IMG/VR virus record: IMGVR_UViG_3300022758_000366
Length of the DNA: 5,030 nucleotides
Source: a virus
Lineage: Duplodnaviria; Heunggongvirae; Uroviricota; Caudoviricetes
Strand: one strand, 5' to 3'
The notes under the pieces are model-generated. The model did no database searches. It was given only the letters and a program-made list of their open reading frames with translations, and had not been told where the DNA came from. Within the stretch, counting starts at the first letter, position 1. Each line of letters starts with the position of its first letter. Below, piece by piece: positions 1 through 5,030 of the stretch. Made by a program: the position numbers and the translations under genes.

Positions 1-1848
1 CACATGCCGGGACCATTACCGTCTATGAAGGTTCCAGACCAGGTACGCTGAATGATTTTCTCGGTGCCATGACGGAGGATGAGCCCGTCCGGAGGCACTG
101 CGCCGTTTTGAGCTGATGGTGAATGAAGTGGCACGTCATGCCGGAGCGTCATCACAGAGCGCAGCGGCGGCAAAGAAATCCGAAACTGCAGCGGCATCAT
201 CGAAGAACGCGGCGAAAACCTCAGAAACGAATGCAGCTAATAGTGCACAGGCGGCAGCGACCTCACAGACTGCATCAGAAAACTCCGCGACAGCAGCCAA
301 AAATCAGAAACCAACGCGAAAAATAGCGAGACAGCCGCAAAGACGAGCGAAACCAACGCAAAGTCCAGCCAGACGGCAGCGAAAACCAGCGAAACGAATG
401 CCAAAGACAGTGAAGCCACGCAAAAGGTGAGCGAAACAGCGGCTGCGAACTCAGCGAAAGCATCGGCAGCAAGCCAGACGGCAGCTAAAGCAAGCGAAGA
501 TGCAGCCAGAGAGTACGCAAGCCAGGCTGCGGAGCCGTATAAATATGTCTTACAGCCGCTGCCTGATGTGTGGATACCATTTAACGATTCGCTGGATATG
601 ATTACGGGCTTTTCGCCGTCATATAAAAAGATTGTTATTGGTGATGATGAAATAACGATGCCTGGCGACAAGGTTGTTAAGTTTAAACGCGCATCGAAAG
701 CAACCTATATTAATAAATCTGGTGTGCTGACAGTGGCTGCCATTGACGAGCCACGGTTTGAACGTGATGGCCTGCTTATTGAGGGGCAAAGAACGAACTA
801 CATGCTCAATTCGGAAAGCCCTGCCAGTTGGGGGCGATCGTCAAATATGGATGTTCCCGAAACCGGGACGGATAGTTTTGGTTTTACCTATGGAAAGTTT
901 GTCTGTAACGATTCTCTGATTGGGCAAACCTCAGCCATTAATATGGCATCAATTGCTGCAACAAAGTCAGTTGATGTCTCAGGCGATAATAAATACGTGA
1001 CAACCTCATGTCGTTTTAAAACAGAACTGCAGGTAAGGTTGCGTATCCGATTTGATAAATATGACGGTAGCGCAACAACTTTTCTTGGTGATGTGTATAT
1101 TGATACACAAACGCTTGAAATTAATATGACAGGCGGCGCTGCCTCAAGGATTACAGCGAGAGTCAGAAAGGACGAAGTTATCGGATGGATTTTTGCAGAG
1201 GCAACAATTCAGGCAATTGATGGGGAGTTAAAAATAGGTTCTCAGATACAGTATTCTCCTAAGCAGGGCGGGGCAACCGTATCTGGTGACTATATTTATC
1301 TGGCCACCCCACAAGTAGAAAATGGGCCTTGTGTATCATCTTTTATTATATCAGGAACGACGGCGGCGACCCGCGCAAGCGATATAGTCACAGTTCCCAT
1401 TAAGAATAATCTTTATAATCTTCCTTTTACGGTTCTTTGTGAGGTACATAAGAACTGGTATAAAACGCCAATGCAGCACCGCGTGTTTTTGATACCGGCG
1501 GTCATCAAACCGGAGCGGCTATTATTCTTGGCTTCGGTTCTTCAGCAGATTACGACGGATTTCCTTATTGCGATATTGGTGGGTCTAACAGACGGATAAA
1601 CGAAAATGCATCACTTGAAAAAAATGGTTATGGGGATGCGTGTAAAGTCTGATCAGTCTACATGCGCAGTAAGTAACGGGCGTATATCCAGCGAAACAAA
1701 AACCACATGGTCCTGTATTCAGAACACCGCAATTATCCGTATTGGAGGCCAGACTACAGCCGGGTTACGTCATTTATTTGGTCATGTAAGGAATTTCAGA
1801 ATATGGCACAAGGCATTGACTGATGCTCAGGTGGGGGAGTCAATCTAA
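1..1848 (+). CDS. stf: Side tail fibre protein (lambda Stf-like N-proximal part, Ala/Ser/Thr repeat, LamG-like distal domain); 5' end outside window; reading frame broken as sequenced
   Basis: Frame 3 at 3..113 gives HAGTITVYEGSRPGTLNDFLGAMTEDEP. Frame 2 from 83 gives ARPEALRRFELMVNEVARHAGASSQSAAAAKKSETAAASSKNAAKTSETNAA. Both peptides match my recollection of lambda Stf (HAGTITVYEDSQPGTLNDFLCAMTEDDARPEVLRRLELMVEEVAR). Frame 1 from 299 continues KSETNAKNSETAAKTSETNAK to the stop at 1597-1599. A frame-3 stretch 1482..1649 (DTGGHQTGAAIILGFGSSADYDGFPYCDIGG) and frame 1 at 1651..1848 (ending GLRHLFGHVRNFRIWHKALTDAQVGESI) look like one concanavalin/LamG-type domain. The listed ORFs 116..430, 427..1599 and 1606..1848 are pieces of this one gene; the 'M' at 427 is an internal GTG. 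Confidence 0.85.
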
Positions 1849-2156
1849 TGAAAGATTTAACACTCAAATTTCCCGACAGGGCCGACTTTTCGGCCTTTAT
1901 GGAGAGCATTGGCTATTATGATGACGAGTTGATGCAGGATGATATTCTTATTGACGTGATAGGTAACGTGTACAAAGAAACCGGAGAACTGACTGAAGAT
2001 GGCGAACCGGTATGTGTTAAGGAAGACGGATATTTTGTAAACGTGCGCATCATTATGATGCAAAAAAATCGTCAATATTCGATAAATACGCGGTTGTTGT
2101 TGAGCATCAACTTCGTGGCTGGATGTGAGGGAGACAAATGGCTACATCGACAGTAA
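1848..2156 (+). CDS. Hypothetical small acidic protein (102 aa) in the tail-fibre operon
   Basis: The ATG at 1848 overlaps the stf stop as TAATG (translational coupling). The ORF is rich in Asp/Glu and sits between two fibre genes. Its 3' end overlaps the next ORF by 19 nt in another frame. No family recognised. Confidence 0.45.
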   Translation: MKDLTLKFPDRADFSAFMESIGYYDDELMQDDILIDVIGNVYKETGELTEDGEPVCVKEDGYFVNVRIIMMQKNRQYSINTRLLLSINFVAGCEGDKWLHRQ

Positions 2157-2842
2157 TTCCAGGAGATATCACCACGCTAAAGGGAGATGTCAGTAAAACT
2201 AAGGAAGAGATTTCCTCAATTAACGGAAAAGTATCAACGCTTCAGACTGATATGACCAGTGCAAAGCAGGATATCAGCACCAGATACACAAAAACTGAAG
2301 TTGATAATAAGCTGAAAAACAAAGTGGAAGTGAACGATCTGGAAAGTGGTCGTTATGGCGGAGATTTTTATCCACTGACAGGTCGTGAAGCGTTTTATTT
2401 ATGGAATTTGGCCACGACTACAGCGGCGGCAAACCTTTATCTTAATCCTGACCCCGCAATTTCGTCTGTACTGCGGTCAACATCATCTATCCGCTATAAA
2501 CATTCAGTAGAGACAATAGATTCAGAGCACGCCGATCTCATTTTCAGGATGCGCCCTGTGTGGTACAGGTCGCAATGCGAAAATGACAGGCGTGACTGGG
2601 GATTCTATGGATTGATTGCCGAGGAAGTTGGAGAAATTGCCCCTCAGTTTGTTCACTGGCGACCAGCCAACGAAGATGATGCACCGGAAACCATTTCCAG
2701 CAATGGCCTTGTTGCCGAAGGTGTAATGTACGAACGTCTGGTTGTTCCACTGATTCACCATATCCAGAAACTGACTGAAAGAGTTGATGAACTTGAGTCA
2801 GAGTTAAAGTTGTTATCCGTTTCCCGAAGCGATATCGGATAA
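2138..2842 (+). CDS. Tail fibre/spike-type protein with C-terminal intramolecular chaperone auto-processing (peptidase S74-like) domain
   Basis: GAGGGAG lies about 5 nt upstream of the ATG at 2138, and a frame-2 stop sits at 2126-2128 just before it. The N-terminal half is heptad-like (DITTLKGDVSKTKEEISSINGKVSTLQTD). The C-terminal region SSIRYKHSVETIDSEHADLIFRMRPVWYRS...WGFYGLIAEEVGEIAPQFV...GVMYERLVVPLIHHIQKLTERVDELESELKLL follows the consensus of the endosialidase/T5 LtfA chaperone domain (S-x-x-R-x-K ... GxIAQEV..P ... Y..LvPLl..iqeL...LE). Confidence 0.8.
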   Translation: MATSTVIPGDITTLKGDVSKTKEEISSINGKVSTLQTDMTSAKQDISTRYTKTEVDNKLKNKVEVNDLESGRYGGDFYPLTGREAFYLWNLATTTAAANLYLNPDPAISSVLRSTSSIRYKHSVETIDSEHADLIFRMRPVWYRSQCENDRRDWGFYGLIAEEVGEIAPQFVHWRPANEDDAPETISSNGLVAEGVMYERLVVPLIHHIQKLTERVDELESELKLLSVSRSDIG

Positions 2843-2852
2843 AGGAGGAGTA

Positions 2853-3140
2853 ATGGATATAACACCTTTTCTTCATGCGCTTTGTGCTGTGGCTGCGCAG
2901 GTACTGATTGGCCTTTTTACCGGAAACTGGGCTTACGGTGCGATAGCCGGTTGTACGTTCTTCATTGCGCGTGAACACACCCAGGCAGAATATCGCTGGA
3001 TTGAAATGTTTGGGCATGGCAAGAGGATTAACATGCCGTGGTGGGGCGGTTTTGATCCGCGCGTGTGGGATGTGGCAAGCCTGATGGATTTTGCTGTGCC
3101 GGTGGTGGCGTGTCTGCTGATCTGGATGTTGATCCGTTAA
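2853..3140 (+). CDS. Small integral membrane protein (95 aa, about three hydrophobic helices); moron-position gene, possible superinfection-exclusion or lysogenic-conversion function
   Basis: A strong Shine-Dalgarno AGGAGGAG at 2843-2850 precedes the ATG at 2853. Hydrophobic segments are FLHALCAVAAQVLIGLF, WAYGAIAGCTFFIA and VASLMDFAVPVVACLLIWMLI. It lies between the tail-fibre genes and the att site and is followed by a hairpin. No lipobox. Confidence 0.6.
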   Translation: MDITPFLHALCAVAAQVLIGLFTGNWAYGAIAGCTFFIAREHTQAEYRWIEMFGHGKRINMPWWGGFDPRVWDVASLMDFAVPVVACLLIWMLIR

Positions 3141-3155
3141 ATATAAAAAGTAAAA

Positions 3156-3191
3156 AGCCGCAGTAACTTGTCATGATAGGATACTGCGGCT
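3156..3191 (+). terminator. Stem-loop downstream of the membrane-protein gene (possible intrinsic terminator)
   Basis: AGCCGCAGTA (3156-3165) pairs with TACTGCGGCT (3182-3191), a 10-bp stem around a 16-nt loop, 16 nt after the stop at 3138-3140. The following sequence GGTTAACTTTCG is only weakly T-rich. Confidence 0.3.
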
Positions 3192-3485
3192 GGTTAACTT
3201 TCGATAGTGCGAGTATTGAATGATTTCCAGCCGTTACCGATTTTATATAACTGCAGTGGAATTATTCAACACACAGGCAAAACGGAATAAGCTGAGAAAA
3301 AAAGCGTGCTTACCCAATCTGGGGTAAATCACGTCTGAATGACACCTGAAAACAGGTGGTGGCCTCAAGAAGGCTTGGAATATTCTTCTTTAATGTTATG
3401 TAATTTATTGATTTTTCGTGTACGATTTTAAGACATTTATTCCAAGAAAAGTTTTTAACTCTTTGATTTTTCGACTCTGTATCAT

Positions 3486-3547
3486 CGGTCTCGAAAACCG
3501 GAGTGGGGGCAACTCCACCGGGGGTTCAAATCCCCCTCTCTCCGCCA
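3486..3547 (+). other. 3' portion of a tRNA-Ser(CGA) gene (anticodon stem-loop to CCA); not a complete tRNA; att core
   Basis: CGGT-CTCGAAA-ACCGG gives an anticodon loop with anticodon CGA. A long class-II variable arm AGTGGGGGCAACTCCAC follows, then T arm GGGGG-TTCAAAT-CCCCC, acceptor 3' strand TCTCTCC, discriminator G and CCA. Nearly identical to my recollection of E. coli serU from the anticodon stem onward. The upstream sequence TTTTTCGACTCTGTATCAT cannot form the acceptor 5' strand or D arm. Confidence 0.8.
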
Positions 3548-3592
3548 AAATTCAATCACTTACACATCATTAAGTCAGTGACAAAAATCACA

Positions 3593-3628
3593 CTTGGAAT
3601 TACTTGGAATATTTTCTTGGAATATTTT
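3593..3628 (+). repeat. Three tandem direct repeats CTTGGAAT(T/A)TT(TT): putative integrase arm-type binding sites (P' arm)
   Basis: Units at 3593-3602, 3603-3615 and 3616-3628. The same 11-mer recurs at 3374-3384 and inverted at 3435-3446. The repeats overlap the last codons and stop of the int fragment. Confidence 0.55.
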
Positions 3629-3945
3629 CAGGTAACGGGACATCAAGTGTTGGTGAAACTTTAACCTTCCTGTCATAGATTAGCACTTGCCCTTCGGTTT
3701 TGTGACCAGAGAAAAGTTGCTTATCCCGGCTGCTTCCTTCATAGTCTGAAATTCCTTTCGCCTTCAGATCATGAAAGGTGAAGTCGGTTAAAATACCTGA
3801 AATTTTTCCAGCACGATTTCTTGCTTCTACCCACATTTCGTTAAAGCCTTTGTACATATATCGGTTGCCGTATTGATTGCTGATCACATAGGCAGATTTT
3901 GGTAACTGTTTTGCTTTTCGATCGCTGCCTGTAATCGTGGACTCC
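3600..3945 (-). pseudogene. int: Tyrosine integrase (lambda Int family), C-terminal fragment only; N-terminal and core-binding domains absent
   Basis: The C-terminal ~100 residues of the 3600..4199 ORF (AYVISNQYGNRYMYKGFNEMWVEARNRAGKISGILTDFTFHDLKAKGISDYEGSSRDKQLFSGHKTEGQVLIYDRK) align by eye with the lambda Int C-terminus (TFHELRSLSARLYEKQISDKFAQHLLGHKSDTMASQYRDDR), including the His, the GHK His and the Tyr nucleophile. The Arg of H-x-L-R is Lys here. Nothing upstream resembles the first catalytic Arg/Lys region. The 3' end abuts the att site. The boundary at ~3945 is approximate. Confidence 0.7.
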
Positions 3946-4407
3946 ATGCTTTTATCTGTATCTTTATCTGTCGTGACTCGTCGTGACATGTGCGTGACAT
4001 TTCGTGACGCGCCGTGACAATCGCCATTTTGTTCCCGCTTTCTTTCCCTCTCTCGCTGCGCCCTCTTGCGCTCTGCAGGAGATTTTGCGGTTTGCGAAAT
4101 ATTGCCGTTGTCCTCTTTAAGCACCTGGCGTTTTTCCCATCCAGTGATTAAATCACCATCAAGTACCCGCCCCTGCATCGTCTGCAAAATTTGAATCAAT
4201 TACCTCTTCTGTCACGTCGAGCGCACTTGCCAAATCTTCTGTCGTGACATCAATGTGACCTCGCGTGACATTTCGTGACGCGCTCACCAGGAGGTGGATA
4301 TACACTGCCATCACTGTTGCAATTGGCTGCCCTGACACCCTGGCAATTGTTCGCCACTTAGGGTCATTTGGCATGTCATGCCATAATCTGAGCCAGGCGT
4401 TAGCCAT
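3946..4407 (-). CDS. Putative phage replication initiator (YdaU/DUF1376-like N-terminus, from memory), frameshifted and continuous with the int fragment
   Basis: ATG at 4407 with SD GAGGTGAG. The N-terminus MANAWLRLWHDMPNDPKWRTIARVSGQPIATVMAVYIHLL resembles the W..Y....DPK N-terminal motif I recall for DUF1376/YdaU-like initiators. A frame change lies near 4160-4200, after which the sequence continues as QGRVLDGDLITGWEKRQ...ERKRAQRERERK. Iteron-like repeats are embedded in the coding sequence. Sits immediately downstream of a YdaT-like gene, as in the Rac ydaS-ydaT-ydaU-ydaV module. The 3' boundary is approximate. Confidence 0.45.
3972..4279. repeat. Iteron-like CGTGAC direct repeats with ~10-11 bp phasing (putative replication origin inside the initiator gene)
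   Basis: CGTGAC starts at 3972, 3982, 3993, 4003 and 4013, then at 4243, 4254 (TGTGAC), 4264 and 4274, with an inverted GTCACG at 4211-4216. An identical 21-mer GCGTGACATTTCGTGACGCGC occurs at 3992-4012 and 4263-4283. An AT-rich block with TATCTG repeats lies at 3948-3970. Confidence 0.55.
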
Positions 4408-4479
4408 ACTCACCTCTTCTGATACCGAATCTTTTTTACTCACGAGTTGCCGGAAGCGATTCGATATGGCTATTATCAC

Positions 4480-4904
4480 TCAATGCACTGCCACAGCATT
4501 TCCTGCCGGGCCACCACGGTTCATCTGATTGAAACCGGCGATTGCCACTGCGACAAAATCATCGGCGTCTCTCACCAGTCGCTCCCGCGTCTCCACCAGC
4601 TCCCGAAATAAGCTGAACTGTGGCTACGCATTCTGGCCACCAGCAAAGGTGGCATTGCCTTTTCGATCGCTGGTACAACGCCTGAATTTTTTCAACTGCA
4701 TCAGGGGTGTCTTTCTCTACCCAGCGGAAAATTTTCTGGGTATTGCGAGCCAGGGCTTCCGGATGGCTGTCGTCGTACAGTTCAGGAAACGTCATACCCA
4801 ACTCAAAATAAGCCTGGGTTATTCCAGCTGCCGGAACTTTTTTCGCCATCAGGACGCGCCCAGGCATTCATCGCCATGCGGATGTGTTCATGCTTGATTT
4901 TCAT
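4480..4904 (-). CDS. YdaT-like protein (Rac prophage ydaT family, assignment from memory), interrupted by two frame changes as sequenced
   Basis: ATG at 4904-4902 is preceded by AAGGGGGG. The frame gives MKIKHEHIRMAMNAWARPDGEK, then after the T6 run at 4838-4843 a second frame gives VPAAGITQAYFELGMTFPELYDDSHPEALARNTQKIFRWVEKDTPDAVEKIQALYQRS, and a third frame (ELVETRERLVRDADDFVAVAIAGFNQMNRGGPAGNAVAVH) ends at the stop 4480-4482 just before the next gene's RBS. Removing two single-base insertions gives 141 codons, which matches my recollection that YdaT is 140 aa. Confidence 0.45.
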
Positions 4905-5030
4905 GAATCCCCCCTTGGTTAGAAGGCGGATTATGATCAGAACCGGGAATGACAACCGTCGGTATGTGTAACTCATATTTGAGCGCCCCCGGCAGTGACT
5001 GCCTGAATTAGCAACGCCCATTTCCACGGC

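Larger units (their letters stand above)
3374..3628 (+). other. attP-like phage attachment site (arm-type repeats, IHF-like sites, tRNA-derived core)
   Basis: P arm: CTTGGAATATT at 3374-3384, an inverted copy at 3435-3446 (ATTTATTCCAAG), and two matches to the IHF consensus WATCAANNNNTTR on the minus strand at 3401-3413 and 3456-3468, each containing the 11-mer TTGATTTTTCG. Core: tRNA-Ser 3' fragment at 3486-3547. P' arm: three tandem CTTGGAAT(T/A)TT(TT) units at 3593-3628. The layout parallels lambda P1/H1/P2/H2/core/P'1-P'3. Confidence 0.6.
1..5030. mobile_element. Lambdoid (pro)phage segment: tail-fibre end of late region, attP-like site, integrase remnant and Rac-type replication genes
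   Basis: Every interpretable gene in the window is phage-type (side tail fibre, intramolecular-chaperone fibre protein, tyrosine integrase fragment, replication initiator with iterons). A tRNA-derived att core with arm-type repeats lies between the tail and int genes, in the same order as lambda stf-tfa / b region / attP / int. Confidence 0.8.

Noticed and set aside
123-326. Plus-strand ORF (67 aa, Arg/Gln-rich)
   Set aside because: It is an alternative frame of the stf repeat region. The low-complexity basic composition is what the off-frame reading of a GCN-rich repeat gives, and the stf frame explains the region.
237-671. Minus-strand ORFs 237..671 and 275..472
   Set aside because: Antisense to the stf repeat and shaft region. 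The Ala/Ser/Leu-rich products are typical of reverse-strand reading of a repetitive coding sequence, with no RBS context.
1606-1848. Independent 80-aa gene starting at ATG 1606
   Set aside because: The frame continues the LamG-like domain of stf (the terminal motif RNFRIWHKALTDAQV), and the intervening break coincides with T5 and A7 runs. It is treated as the stf C-terminus, though a genuine stop at 1597-1599 cannot be excluded from sequence alone.
1857-3017. Minus-strand ORFs 1857..2075, 2522..2761 and 2544..3017
   Set aside because: They lie antisense within well-supported plus-strand genes (the acidic ORF, the chaperone-domain protein, the membrane protein) and show no recognisable motifs.
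1-3140. Invertible tail-fibre segment (Pin/Gin-type) or diversity-generating retroelement acting on the fibre tip
   Set aside because: No invertase or reverse transcriptase gene is present, and I saw no inverted crossover repeats or template/variable repeat pair flanking the fibre C-terminus in this window.
3343-3358. Perfect palindrome CACCTG-AAAA-CAGGTG in the b-region
   Set aside because: A 6-bp stem with no T tract and no adjacent gene end. It could be a protein-binding site, but there is nothing to support a specific call.
3486-3547. Complete tRNA-Ser gene
   Set aside because: The acceptor 5' strand and D arm are absent and the upstream sequence cannot pair with TCTCTCC, so this is an att-core fragment, not a functional tRNA.
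3593-4284. CRISPR array (short direct repeats at 3593-3628 and 3972-4279)
   Set aside because: The units are 6-13 bp with 10-13 bp periodicity and no unique ~30 bp spacers. They fit arm-type sites and iterons instead.
4265-4897. Plus-strand ORFs 4265..4528 and 4529..4897
   Set aside because: Antisense to the initiator-like and YdaT-like genes. Their products are Ser/Arg/Cys-rich with no domain-like sequence.
4803-5027. 74-aa minus-strand ORF as a separate gene
   Set aside because: It is the in-frame upstream extension plus first 33 codons of the YdaT-like gene. The ATG at 4904, preceded by AAGGGGGG, is the more plausible start.
4973-5030. Partial minus-strand ORF ending at the stop 4973-4975
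   Set aside because: Only ~18 codons are in the window. It may be the 3' end of a Cro/YdaS-like gene but is too short to call as a feature.

Overview
This window reads as the junction between the late (tail-fibre) end and the attachment/early region of a lambdoid enterobacterial (pro)phage. Plus strand, left to right: the 3' part of a lambda Stf-like side tail fibre gene (5' end outside the window), with a SETAAK/TSETNAK Ala-Ser-Thr repeat and a LamG-like distal domain; a 102-aa acidic ORF; a 234-aa fibre protein with a C-terminal intramolecular-chaperone (peptidase S74) domain; and a 95-aa membrane protein in the moron position, followed by a hairpin. Next is a ~255 bp attP-like site: the 3' 62 nt of a tRNA-Ser(CGA) gene (5' half absent) flanked by CTTGGAATATT arm-type repeats and IHF-consensus sites. 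Minus strand: the C-terminal ~110 codons of a lambda-family tyrosine integrase abut the att site and sit in one open frame with a replication-initiator-like gene carrying nine phased CGTGAC iterons, preceded by a YdaT-like gene. At least seven reading-frame breaks occur, almost all at homopolymer runs, so this is either a decayed cryptic prophage or an assembly with indel errors. No rRNA, complete tRNA or CRISPR array is present. Family names (lambda Stf, peptidase S74, YdaT, YdaU/DUF1376, lambda Int) are recalled from memory and were not checked by any search.
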